Below, in pieces: positions 48,343 to 61,582 of a stretch of DNA of 64,000 nucleotides. Location of the stretch: contig CAYWLS010000009.1 of the NCBI GenBank assembly GCA_964458605.1, forward strand, positions 21,005 through 85,004. The letters are read 5' to 3'. A program made the position numbers and the translations under genes. Each line of letters opens with the position of its first letter. The stretch's first letter is position 1. The DNA comes from an uncultured Hyphomicrobiales bacterium. GTDB lineage: Bacteria; Pseudomonadota; Alphaproteobacteria; Reyranellales; JAQSWP01. Below the pieces are notes generated by a model, which saw only the letters and a list, made by a program, of their open reading frames with translations, did not search any database and had not been told where the DNA came from.

Positions 48343-50451
48343 ATGGCGAACAACTATACCAGGCTGCGCTACAAATACTGGCCCGACCACATCTTCGGCG
48401 AGTTGCTGCAGAAGCAGTGGATGGAGACGGCGGTTCCCCTGCTGGTGCTGGTGGTCACCGTCATCTATTTCAGCTCGCGCATCGACAACTTCATCTCGAT
48501 CTCCAACCTGTCGAACACGCTGCGCCAGGCCAGCGAGCTGGGCTTCGTCGTGCTCGGCATGTCGCTGGTGCTGATCGTCGGCGGCATCGACTTGAGCGTG
48601 GGCTCGACCTTCGCGCTGTGCAATCTGCTGGTTCTCTACTGCATGAACGTGCTGGCGCTGCCGGTCGGCGTCACCATCGTGCTGGGCCTCCTGCTGGGTG
48701 CGTTGCTGGGCGCGGTCAACGGGCTGCTGATCGGCTATATGCGGATGCGCGCCTTCCTGACCACCATGGTGACCCTGATCGTCTACCAGGCCGTCCACCT
48801 GATGTTGAATTTCAAGCTGGCGGTGGCGATCTCCTCCGCAGTTCCCGATTCCGACCTGTGGGACTTCCTGGGCAACGGCTCGTTCCTGTCCATTCCGTTC
48901 GTCGTCTGGGTGTTCGCGGTGGTGGCAGTCGCCAGCCACATCTTCCTGACGCGGCTGCGCGCCGGCTGGCGCGTCATGGCGGTCGGCGGCAATCGCCGCT
49001 CGGCCTACAATGTCGGCCTGCCGGTCAACCGCATCGTCGCCCTTTCCTATGTCGGTTCCGGCATGCTGGTCGCCGTCTCGGCGATCTTCTATGCCTCGCG
49101 GCTGTCCAGCGCCGGCGCCGATACCGGCAAGGGCCTGGAGATCATCGTGCTGACCGCCGCCATCCTGGGCGGCATCCGGCTGGGCGGCGGCAAGGGCTCG
49201 GTTACCAAGGCGATCCTGGGCACCCTGATCATCCTGCTGATCACCAACGGCCTGCTGCGCCTGGCCGTGCCGGCCGGCGCCTCGCGCGTGATCCTCGCCA
49301 CCATCCTGCTGCTGGGCGCCGCGCTCGACATCCGCTGGTTCAAGAACCGGCACAAGGCGGTCGAGGAATTCTACGTCAGCCCGTCCTATCTCGACCTGCC
49401 GCCGCTGCCCGCCGACGCCACCGGCCCGCAATCGGCCTATGCCGTCAACGACCGGCTGCGGCATGTCGAGACGATCGGCCTGGGCGAAGTCGAGGCCCCG
49501 GAGGACGTCATCCTCGACCAGGACGACAACCTCTATTGCGGCAGCCGGCATGGCGAGATCATCCGCTTCTTCGCGCCCGACTACAAACGCCGCGAAGTCT
49601 ATGCCCGCATCGGCGGCCAGCCGCTCGGCATGACCTTCGACGAACGCAGCAACCTCTATGTCTGCGTCGGCGGCATGGGCCTCTACCGCGTCACGCCCGA
49701 GCGCAAGGTCGAGAAGGTCACCGACGAGACCAACCGCACGCTGTGGTCGGTGGTCGACGACAGCCGCCTGCGCCTGGCCGACGACCTCGATATCGCGCCC
49801 GACGGCCGCATCTTCTTCTCCGAGGCCACCGTGCGCTACGAGATGCACGAATGGCCGACCGACAGCCTGGAAGGCCGCGGCAACGGCCGCATCATCTGCT
49901 ACGACCCGCGCACCGACAAGACCACGACGGTGCTGCGCAACCTGATTTTCCCCAACGGCGTGGTCATCGCCTCCGACAAGCAGTCGATCCTGTTCGCCGA
50001 GAGCTGGAACTGTTCGATCAAGCGCTTCTGGTTCGACGGCCCCAGGGCCGGCCGGGTCGAATTCGTCATCCGCGACCTGCCCGGCTATCCCGACAACATC
50101 AACCGGGCGTCCGACGGCAATTACTGGCTGGCGCTGATGGGCATGCGCTGCCCGGCCTTCGACCTGGCCATGCGCAAGCCCGCTTTCCGCCGGCGCATGT
50201 CGAAGCAGCTTCCCGGCGACGAATGGCTGGCGCCCAACATCAACACCGGCTGTATCGTCAAGTTCGACGAGCAGGGCCGCATCCTCGACGTGATGTGGGA
50301 CGAAGGCGGCGTCAACCACCCGATGATCACCTCGATGCGCGAGCATCGCGGCTATCTCTATATCGGCGGCATCTCCAACAACCGCATCGGCCGCCTCAAG
50401 CTGCCCGGCGCCGACCCGGACTTCGTTTCCAGCAGGCGCCGCCATGCTTGA
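48343..50451 (+). CDS. Fusion protein: CUT2 ABC permease (N-terminal ~335 aa) + strictosidine-synthase-like / SMP30-type beta-propeller (C-terminal ~330 aa)
   Basis: One uninterrupted 702-codon frame. The permease part has VGGIDLSVGS and GGIRLGGGKGSVTKAILG, and its last TM ends in LDIRWFKNRHK. The C-terminal part has LADDLDIAPDGRIFFSEATVRY, GRGNGRIICYDPRTDKTTTVLRNLIFPNGVVIASDKQSILFAESWNCSIKRFWFDGPRAG. Confidence 0.8.
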   Translation: MANNYTRLRYKYWPDHIFGELLQKQWMETAVPLLVLVVTVIYFSSRIDNFISISNLSNTLRQASELGFVVLGMSLVLIVGGIDLSVGSTFALCNLLVLYCMNVLALPVGVTIVLGLLLGALLGAVNGLLIGYMRMRAFLTTMVTLIVYQAVHLMLNFKLAVAISSAVPDSDLWDFLGNGSFLSIPFVVWVFAVVAVASHIFLTRLRAGWRVMAVGGNRRSAYNVGLPVNRIVALSYVGSGMLVAVSAIFYASRLSSAGADTGKGLEIIVLTAAILGGIRLGGGKGSVTKAILGTLIILLITNGLLRLAVPAGASRVILATILLLGAALDIRWFKNRHKAVEEFYVSPSYLDLPPLPADATGPQSAYAVNDRLRHVETIGLGEVEAPEDVILDQDDNLYCGSRHGEIIRFFAPDYKRREVYARIGGQPLGMTFDERSNLYVCVGGMGLYRVTPERKVEKVTDETNRTLWSVVDDSRLRLADDLDIAPDGRIFFSEATVRYEMHEWPTDSLEGRGNGRIICYDPRTDKTTTVLRNLIFPNGVVIASDKQSILFAESWNCSIKRFWFDGPRAGRVEFVIRDLPGYPDNINRASDGNYWLALMGMRCPAFDLAMRKPAFRRRMSKQLPGDEWLAPNINTGCIVKFDEQGRILDVMWDEGGVNHPMITSMREHRGYLYIGGISNNRIGRLKLPGADPDFVSSRRRHA

Positions 50452-51564
50452 CGCTCTCGCCTCGATCGTCGCCTCGGTCTTCAATCGCCGCGGCGCCAGC
50501 CTCTCGGTGCCGATCCTCGACGGCGCCCTGAAGCCGAACAACCTGCTCGAACAGGCGGTGGTGCTGGTCGAGCAGGACGGTCTGGAGGACATCGCGGTCG
50601 GACCCGACGGCGACCTCTATGTCGCTTGCGGCAAGGCGGTGCTGCGCCTGACGGATGGCGGCCAACTGGCGCCGGTGGCGCAGCACGATCATGCCGTGAC
50701 GGCGCTGGCCGTGCTCGGCGACGGCACGCTGGCTGTCGGGCTTGGCACAAGAGTGATGCTGGGCCGGCCCGACGGACGGCCCAGTGACCAGCAGGTCACG
50801 TTCGATCGCGCCGATGGAAAGTCCCTCAACGCCGTCACCGCCCTTCATGCGACGGCCGACGGCGCGCTGCTGGTATGCGATGCATCGGCCACCCGTCCCT
50901 ACGAGGAGTGGCACTACGATCTGATGGAAAAGGGCTGCAGCGGAAGATTGCTGCGCTACGACCCGGCATCGGGCGTGGCGACGACGGCGGCCGCCGGCCT
51001 GGCCTATGCGTTTGGCGCCTTGATGGACCGGCAGGGCCGCGTGCTGGTCTCCGAGACCTGGCGGCATCAGCTCGATCACGCGAAGGCCGGACAGGCCAGC
51101 CCGGTGGTCGCGGCCCTGCCCGGCTATCCCGCGCGCATCGCTCCGGCGCCAGGCGGCGGATTCTGGCTCGCGCTGTTCGCCTGCCGCACCCAACTGGTCG
51201 AGTTCGTGCTGCAGGAGAACGACTATCGCCGCGACATGATGCGCACCATCGAGCCGCGCTACTGGGTCGCGCCGGCGCTGCGATCGGGCGTCGATTTCCG
51301 CGAGCCGCTGCAGACCGGCGGCGTCAAGCAGATGGGCATCCTCAAGCCCTGGGCGCCGCCGCGGTCCTACGGCCTGGTGGTGCGGTTCGACGACGACTTC
51401 ATCCCGCTCTATTCCCTGCACAGCCGGGTCGGCGGCCGCCATCACGGCATCGTGGCGGTGGCCCAGCGCGGCGACGACCTCTACGTCCTGTCCAAGGGCG
51501 CCGGCCGGCTCCTGCGGCTCTCCGTATCCCAGGTCGAAGCGCACGAAGCCGCGGAGGCCGGCGC

Positions 51565-51568
<4 letters not shown>
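50444..51568 (+). CDS. Strictosidine-synthase-like / SMP30-type beta-propeller protein (free-standing, divergent)
   Basis: The ATG overlaps the fusion gene by 8 nt. No signal peptide. Contains DIAVGPDGDLYVA and GCSGRLLRYDPASGVATTAAAGLAYAFGALMDRQGRVLVSETWRHQL, which parallels the Str_synth core of the fused domain. Confidence 0.7.
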
Positions 51569-53058
<1,490 letters not shown>

Positions 53059-53085
53059 CGCGGCCGGCCGGGATTTACCGCCATG

Positions 53086-53116
53086 AAAAAAAGGGAGCCG
53101 CGCGGGCTCCCTTTTG
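53086..53116. terminator. Bidirectional rho-independent terminator between convergent genes
   Basis: AAAAAAAGGGAGCCgcgcGGGCTCCCTTTTG: a GC stem flanked by an A-run and a T-run. Confidence 0.65.
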
Positions 53117-53139
53117 CTTTGCCTGAAGGCTTGGCGTGC

Positions 53140-53439
53140 TTAGCCGCGCATCAGGCCCTGCAGCTTCATGGCGACGCCCATGTCGCCTTCGATCTTCAGC
53201 TTGCCGGTCATGAACGCGGTCATGCCGTCGAGCTGGCCGGCGGCCATGGCCTTGAAATCGTCCAGCGACATCTTGATGGTGCACTGGGCCGCGGCGTCGT
53301 CGTTGGACACCACGTTGCTGGCGCCGGTGCCGTCGACCAGGATCACGCCCTCGGGAAAGGAAAACTTCACGCTGTTGCCGAACGGCGGCTTGCCGGCGGT
53401 GCGCTGGCGCATGCCTTCGGTCACTTCTTGCAGGCTCAT
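53140..53439 (-). CDS. SCP2 (sterol carrier protein 2) domain protein, 99 aa
   Basis: GGGAGAG Shine-Dalgarno. C-terminal SCP2 signature AFMTGKLKIEGDMGVAMKLQGLM. Confidence 0.8.
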   Translation of the reverse strand: MSLQEVTEGMRQRTAGKPPFGNSVKFSFPEGVILVDGTGASNVVSNDDAAAQCTIKMSLDDFKAMAAGQLDGMTAFMTGKLKIEGDMGVAMKLQGLMRG

Positions 53440-53500
53440 GGCTCTCTCCCGTTGCTATGCTGGCGCGGCCGCCTCTCGGCTGCGGATGGCGGGACCGTAC

Positions 53501-53522
53501 TTGACCTTAACGTAAACGTCAA
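53501..53522. promoter_or_regulatory. 22-bp near-palindromic operator candidate (site 2) in the divergent SCP2 / carboxylase-cluster promoter region
   Basis: TTGACCTTAACGTAAACGTCAA shares ACGTAAACGTCAA with site 1. The minus strand reads TTGACG-N17-TACGGT. The plus strand reads TTGACC-N17-TAGCCA. Confidence 0.55.
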
Positions 53523-53677
53523 TTAGCCAATCGGGGATAAAGCGCGCGCGGAAACAGCGCTATCGCCAAGCGATGAACAGTCGTTTATAGAGCCGAAAAC
53601 GGGAAAAAACCGCGTTCCGCGCTGCGGACACGCTCGGGAAACAGGGAACGGGCCGCAGGCGCGGCCGCAAGGGAACC

Positions 53678-55293
53678 ATGCCGATCATCGAAAGCCAGAT
53701 CGACCGCAACGCCGACGAGTTCAAGGCCAACCGCGAGGGCATGCTGGCGGCGATCGCCGAATTCCGCGCCGCCGAGCAGGCGGTGCGCGCCACCGCCGAG
53801 AAATCGCGCGAGCGCTTCCGCAAGCGCGGCCAGCTCATGCCGCGCGAGCGGGTCGAGCTGCTGCTCGACCGCGGCTCGCCCTTCCTCGAGCTGATGGCGC
53901 TGGCCGGCTATCGCATGCACGACGACAAGGACGGCAGCGGCGCCGGCGGCGGCGGCGTGGTCGGCATCGGCTATGTCGAGGGCATACGCTGCATGGTGTC
54001 CGCCTCCAACAGCGCCGTGAAGGGCGGCACCATCTCGCCCGCCGGTTTGCGCAAGAGCCGGCGCATGCAACAGATCGTCATGGAAAACAAGCTGCCGATG
54101 GTCAACCTGGTCGAGTCCGGCGGCGCCAATCTGCTCTACCAGTCGGAGATCTTCATCGAAGGCGGCCGCGGCTTCGCCAACCAGGCGCGCATGTCGGCGC
54201 GCGGCATCCCGCAGATCACCGTGGTGCACGGCTCCTCGACTGCCGGCGGCGCCTACCTGCCGGGCTTGAGCGACTACGTCGTCATGGTGCGCAACAAGGC
54301 CAAGGTGTTCCTGGCCGGCCCGCCGCTGTTGAAGGCGGCCACCGGCGAGATCGCCAGCGACGAGGAGCTGGGCGGCGCGGAGATGCACACCACCGTCTCC
54401 GGCGTGGCCGAGTTCATGGCCGAGGACGACGCCGACGGCATCCGCGTGGCGCGCGAGATCCTGCGCAAGATCCCGTGGAACGAGAGCTGCCCGCCGGTGG
54501 CGGTCAAGCCCTACAGCGAGCCGCTCTACGACATCGACGAGCTGGTCGGCGTGGTGCCGCCCGACTACCGCAAGCCCTACGACGTGCGCGAGGTGATCGC
54601 CCGGCTGGTCGACGGCTCGGACTTCCTCGACTTCAAGGCGCTGTTCGACCAGCAGACCGTCTGCGGCTGGGCATCGCTGTGCGGCCACAGCATCGGCATC
54701 ATCGGCAATAACGGCCCGATCACCACGCGCGGCGCGGTCAAGGCGGCGCAGTTCATCCAATTGTGCTGCCAGGCCGGCACGCCGATCGTCTACCTGCAGA
54801 ACACCACCGGCTACATGGTCGGCACCGAGAGCGAGCGCGGCGGCATCGTCAAGCACGGCTCCAAGATGATCCAGGCGGTGGCCAACGCCACCGTGCCGCA
54901 ATTCACCGTGGTGATCGGCGGCAGCTTCGGCGCCGGCAATTACGGCATGTGCGGCCGCTCCTACGATCCGCGCTTCATCTTCGGCTGGCCCAACAGCAAG
55001 ACCGCGGTGATGGGCGGCGAGCAGGCGGCCAAGGTGATGTCGATCGTCACCGAGGAGAAGTTCAAGCGCGACGGCAAGCCGGTCGACCGCGCTGCGCTCG
55101 ACATGATGGAGCAGAAGATCGTCGATCAGTTCAACCGCGAATCGACGCCGCTGTTCTCGACCGCGCATCTGTGGGACGACGGGCTGATCGATCCGCGCGA
55201 CACCCGCAAAGTATTGGCGCTCTGCATCTCGGTGGCGCGCGAGGCCGATGTCCGCCCCCTGCACGGCAGCACGTTCGGCGTGGCGAGGATGTG

Positions 55294-55294
<1 letters not shown>
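53678..55294 (+). CDS. Methylcrotonyl-/geranyl-CoA carboxylase carboxyltransferase (beta) subunit
   Basis: 538 aa. Starts MPIIESQIDRNADEFKANREGM. Contains RGQLMPRERVELLLDRGSPFLE, LVESGGANL and STAGGAYLPG. Confidence 0.9.
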
Positions 55295-56454
<1,160 letters not shown>

Positions 56455-56464
56455 GGAAGAACTG

Positions 56465-57625
<1,161 letters not shown>

Positions 57626-57644
57626 TCAAACGCCGAGGGGAGAC

Positions 57645-58457
57645 ATGGCCGCTTTTGCCGACAAGTACGAAACCCTGCTGCTGCGCCAACAGGGCGCCCA
57701 CCTTTACCTGACGCTCAACCGCCCCGAGGCGAAGAACGCGCTCAACCCGACCATGATCGACGAGCTGACCGCGGTGTTCGAGGTGCTGAAATCGCGGCAC
57801 GATATCAAGGCGGTGGTGATGCGCGGCAGCAACGGCGTGTTCTGCGCCGGCGCCGACCTCAAGATCATGGCCCAGATCCAGCCCAAGGTGCCCGGCCAGA
57901 AGGATCCGATCGCGGTGTGGAATCGCGGTTACGGCAAGTTCCTGGAGATGGCGACCAACACCCCGCAGGTGCTGATCGCCGCCATCGAGGGCCACGCCCT
58001 GGCCGGCGGCTTCGGCCTGGCCTGCGTGTCCGACATCGCCATCTGCACCGAGGGCGCGTCCTTTGCCATGACCGAGACCGCCCTCGGCCTGCTGCCGGCG
58101 CAGATCGCGCCCTTCGTCGCCATGCGCATCGGCGTGCCGGCGACCCGCCACCTGACCCTGACCGCCGCCCGCTTCAAAGGCGCCGAGGCGGTGCGCCTGG
58201 GCATCGGCCAGTACCTGGTCAAGGACGGCGCCGAGCTCGACGCCAAGGTCGAAGAAGTGCTGAAGCAGATCGACCGCTGCGCGCCGATGGCCAATGCCCG
58301 CACCAAGGAGATCGTGCTGGCCATCACCAGGATGCCGCTGCCGCAGGTGCTGGACATGGCGGCCGACCTGTTCGCCGAGCAGCTGCGCGGCGAGGAGGCG
58401 CCGGAAGGACTGAAGTCGTTCGCCGAGAAGCGGCCGCCGAAATGGGCCGCTAGCTAA
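57645..58457 (+). CDS. Enoyl-CoA hydratase (methylglutaconyl-/isohexenylglutaconyl-CoA hydratase-like)
   Basis: Crotonase fold with FCAGADLK, GHALAGGFGLACVSDIAI and a catalytic-type Glu in FAMTETALGL. Confidence 0.85.
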   Translation: MAAFADKYETLLLRQQGAHLYLTLNRPEAKNALNPTMIDELTAVFEVLKSRHDIKAVVMRGSNGVFCAGADLKIMAQIQPKVPGQKDPIAVWNRGYGKFLEMATNTPQVLIAAIEGHALAGGFGLACVSDIAICTEGASFAMTETALGLLPAQIAPFVAMRIGVPATRHLTLTAARFKGAEAVRLGIGQYLVKDGAELDAKVEEVLKQIDRCAPMANARTKEIVLAITRMPLPQVLDMAADLFAEQLRGEEAPEGLKSFAEKRPPKWAAS

Positions 58458-58468
58458 GGCCCGTTTCC

Positions 58469-59296
58469 GTGCATCCATCCGCCGCCCCCTTGCCCCGATG
58501 CAAGACGCTCGCGCTCGAGCGTCGCGGCGGGACCTTGTTCGTGACCCTGAACCAGCCCGACACGCGCAATGCGCTGAGCGCGCCGCTGATTGCCGAGTTG
58601 AGCTCGGCCTTCGGCTACGTGGCCGACGATCGCAAGGTCCGCGCCGTGGTGCTGCGCGGCGCCGGCGGCAATTTCTGCGCCGGCGGCGATCTGCGCCAGT
58701 TCGCCGAAGCCGAAGGCACGCCGCCCAAGAGCATTGCCGAAAGCCCGCACTACAAGGGCGCGATCCAGCTCAGCCGGCTGATGCACGACATCAACCTCTC
58801 GCCGGCCGTGGTGATCGGCGCCTTCCAGGGCGCCACCCTGGGCGCCGGCTTCGGCTTCGCCTGCGTGGTCGATATCGCCATTGCCTCCGACGATGCCGTG
58901 TTCGGCATCACCGGCAACATGTTCGGCGTGCCGCCGGGCCCGATCGTGCCGTTCGTGGTCGAGCGACTGGGCCTGCCGCTGGCCCGGCGCCTGGCGCTGT
59001 CGGCCATCAAGCTGGGCGCGCGCGACGCCTTCGCGCTGGGCCTGGTGCATCACCTGACCATGGATGCCGCCGGGCTGGACAAGAAGATCGACGCGGTGCT
59101 GGCCGACGTGCTGCGCTGCGCGCCCGGCGCCAACCGGGTCACCAAGGAATTGCTGCTGCAGTCGCAGCGCCTGCCGGCCGAGCAGATGTTCGAGCTGGGG
59201 GCCAACGCCTTTGCGCGCGCCCTGCACGGCATCGAAGTCAAGGAAGGTACCGCGGCGTTCTTCGACAAGAGACCGCCGCGCTGGAGCGAAGAATAA
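58469..59296 (+). CDS. Crotonase-fold protein (divergent second hydratase/isomerase-like gene)
   Basis: GTG start. Contains FCAGGDLR and GATLGAGFGFACVVDIAI. The position of the first catalytic Glu reads FGITGNMFGV, so no Glu is present there. Confidence 0.75.
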   Translation: MHPSAAPLPRCKTLALERRGGTLFVTLNQPDTRNALSAPLIAELSSAFGYVADDRKVRAVVLRGAGGNFCAGGDLRQFAEAEGTPPKSIAESPHYKGAIQLSRLMHDINLSPAVVIGAFQGATLGAGFGFACVVDIAIASDDAVFGITGNMFGVPPGPIVPFVVERLGLPLARRLALSAIKLGARDAFALGLVHHLTMDAAGLDKKIDAVLADVLRCAPGANRVTKELLLQSQRLPAEQMFELGANAFARALHGIEVKEGTAAFFDKRPPRWSEE

Positions 59297-59313
59297 CAAG
59301 GGGAAATGGGCCA

Positions 59314-61296
59314 ATGTCGCGCAATGAATTCGACAAGATTCTGATCGCCAATCGCGGCGAGATCGCCTGCCGGGTGATCCGCACCGCCAAGGCGATGGGA
59401 TATCGCACCGTCGCGGTGCACTCGCCGATCGATGCCGGCGCGCTGCATGTGCGCGAGGCCGACCAGGCAGTCGAGATCGGCGGCAATCTGGTGGGCGAGA
59501 GCTATCTGCGCGGCGAGCTGCTGATCGAGGCCGCCCGGCGCAGCGGCGCCCAGGCGATCCATCCCGGCTACGGCTTCCTGTCCGAGAACGAGGGCTTCGC
59601 GGCGGCCTGCGAGAATGCCGGGCTGGTGTTCATCGGCCCGCCGCCCGCCGCCATCGCCGCCATGGGCAACAAGCGCCAGGCCAAGATCAAGATGATCGCC
59701 GCCGGCGTGCCCTGCGTGCCCGGCTACGAGGGCGCCGACCAGAGCGACGCCACCTTGCAGGCCGAGGCTAAGCGCATCGGCCTGCCGGTCATGGTCAAGG
59801 CGGCGGCCGGCGGCGGCGGTCGCGGCATGCGGCTGGTCACCGAAGCGGGCGAGCTGGCCGAGGCCATCGTCTCGGCGCGCTCCGAGGCGCAGAACGCCTT
59901 CGGTTCGGGCGAGCTGATCCTGGAAAAGGCGGTGGTCGATGCCCGCCATGTCGAGATCCAGGTGTTCGCCGACAGCCACGGCAACGTCATCCACCTGGGC
60001 GAGCGCGACTGCTCGGTGCAGCGCCGCCACCAGAAGATCGTCGAGGAGAGCCCCTCGCCCGCGGTCGACGCCGATCTGCGCCGCCGCATGGGCGGGGCGG
60101 CGGTGATGGCCGCCAAGGCGATCGGCTATCGCGGCGCCGGCACGGTCGAGTTCCTGCTGGGCGGCGACAAGCGGTTCTACTTCCTGGAGATGAACACCCG
60201 CCTGCAGGTCGAACATCCGGTGACCGAGATGGTCACCGGGCAGGACCTGGTGGCGTGGCAGTTGTCTGTGGCCGCTGGCGGCAAGCTGCCGCTGACCCAG
60301 GACCAGGTTGAGCTTCGCGGCCATGCCATCGAAGTGCGGCTCTATGCCGAAGACGTCTATGGCGGCTTCCTGCCCCAGACCGGCACCGTCTTCGCCTGGG
60401 ATCCGCCCGTCTCCCCGGGCGTGCGCGTCGACCACGGCATTCTCCCCGGCCAGTCGATCTCGCCGTTCTACGATCCGATGATCGCCAAGCTGATCGCCCA
60501 TGGTGCTGACCGCGAGGAAGCCCGGCGGCGATTGTTGCGCGCCGTCGAGGATTGCGTGATCCTGGGCCCCACCACCAACAAGGCGTTCCTCGCCGAAGTG
60601 CTGGCCGACCCGATCTTCGCCGCCGGACTGGCCACCACCAGCTTCATCGGCCAGCAATTGACCGCTTCTGTCAGCCAGCGGCCCGTCCCCGCAGCCCAGG
60701 TCTGGGCCCTGGCGGCGGTGCTGCTGCACGAGCGCCAGCGCAAGGCCGGACCGCGCCTGCTGCACGCTTTCCGCAACTCGACCTCCGACGCCAGCCCGGT
60801 CAAGCTGGTCTGTGGACAGTTGCGCCAGACCAGCAGCGTGGTGTCGATGGCCGACGGCTATCGCGTCGCGCTGGGCGAGACGACGCAGACCCTGCGCATC
60901 CTCTCCTGGCAGGGCGTCGAACTGCGCTACAGCGTCGACGGGCTGCAGGCCAACGCCACAGCGCTGTTCGAGAACGAACGCCTGCACCTGGAGGCCGCCG
61001 GATTCGGCGGCGTGTTCGAGGACCACACCCTGACCTCCGCCGCGCGCGCCGCGGCCGCCAGCGACGGCAAGCTGCTGGCGCCGATGGACGGCCGCATCGT
61101 CGCGGTGCGCGCCCAGGCTGGCCAGGCCGTCGAAAAAGGGCAGGTCCTGGTGGTGCTCGAAGCCATGAAGATGCAGCACCAGATCAAGGCCACCATCGCC
61201 GGCACGGTGCAGACCGTTGCCGTGACCGAGGGCGACCAGGTCTCCGGTCGCAAGCTGCTGGTCGAGATCAAGGCGACGGCAGCGGACGCGGCGTAG
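59314..61296 (+). CDS. Biotin carboxylase + BCCP (alpha) subunit of methylcrotonyl-/geranyl-CoA carboxylase
   Basis: 660 aa. Starts ILIANRGEIACRVIRTAKAMG. Contains the ATP-grasp segment VMVKAAAGGGGRGMR, EMNTRLQVEHPVTE and the C-terminal biotinylation motif LEAMKMQH. Confidence 0.9.
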   Translation: MSRNEFDKILIANRGEIACRVIRTAKAMGYRTVAVHSPIDAGALHVREADQAVEIGGNLVGESYLRGELLIEAARRSGAQAIHPGYGFLSENEGFAAACENAGLVFIGPPPAAIAAMGNKRQAKIKMIAAGVPCVPGYEGADQSDATLQAEAKRIGLPVMVKAAAGGGGRGMRLVTEAGELAEAIVSARSEAQNAFGSGELILEKAVVDARHVEIQVFADSHGNVIHLGERDCSVQRRHQKIVEESPSPAVDADLRRRMGGAAVMAAKAIGYRGAGTVEFLLGGDKRFYFLEMNTRLQVEHPVTEMVTGQDLVAWQLSVAAGGKLPLTQDQVELRGHAIEVRLYAEDVYGGFLPQTGTVFAWDPPVSPGVRVDHGILPGQSISPFYDPMIAKLIAHGADREEARRRLLRAVEDCVILGPTTNKAFLAEVLADPIFAAGLATTSFIGQQLTASVSQRPVPAAQVWALAAVLLHERQRKAGPRLLHAFRNSTSDASPVKLVCGQLRQTSSVVSMADGYRVALGETTQTLRILSWQGVELRYSVDGLQANATALFENERLHLEAAGFGGVFEDHTLTSAARAAAASDGKLLAPMDGRIVAVRAQAGQAVEKGQVLVVLEAMKMQHQIKATIAGTVQTVAVTEGDQVSGRKLLVEIKATAADAA

Positions 61297-61424
61297 TCGG
61301 GCCAACCCGAACGACCGAACAGTTCCCCCCTGGCGCCGCCGGTTGCGACGAAACCGGCGGCTTCGCCGGGCCCGGCGCGTGCGTTGACGCCGGCTCCGGC
61401 CGCGGGCTACGGTCGCCGCCAATC

Positions 61425-61562
61425 AGAGCAAATCGCCTTTTGACGGAATCGTTCCGGATTCCGTCAAAAAGGTGTGAATTTGCTCTACACTTGAGGAATA
61501 GAGCGGATTCACACGATCGGATGGCAGCGTTGTCGCGCTTCCATCGATCGTGATCCGCTCTA
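61425..61562 (+). promoter_or_regulatory. Two long imperfect hairpins with an alternative middle pairing, in the leader of the NitT/TauT ABC operon
   Basis: Hairpin A spans 61425-61486 (9 + 15 bp). Hairpin B spans 61499-61562 (about 22 bp). Alternatively, 61474-61487 can pair with 61499-61512 (14 bp including 2 G-U pairs). The GGGAGGG Shine-Dalgarno is at 61571 and the ATG at 61583. Confidence 0.4.
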
Positions 61563-61582
61563 GCGTTTGCGGGAGGGCAATC

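Noticed and set aside
61425-61562. The idea that the leader upstream of the NMT1/THI5-like binding-protein gene is a TPP (thiamine) riboswitch.
   Set aside because: I could not find the conserved TPP-riboswitch core elements (for example CUGAGA and the pyrimidine-sensor helix pattern) in 61297-61582. The structure is reported only as an unclassified hairpin system.
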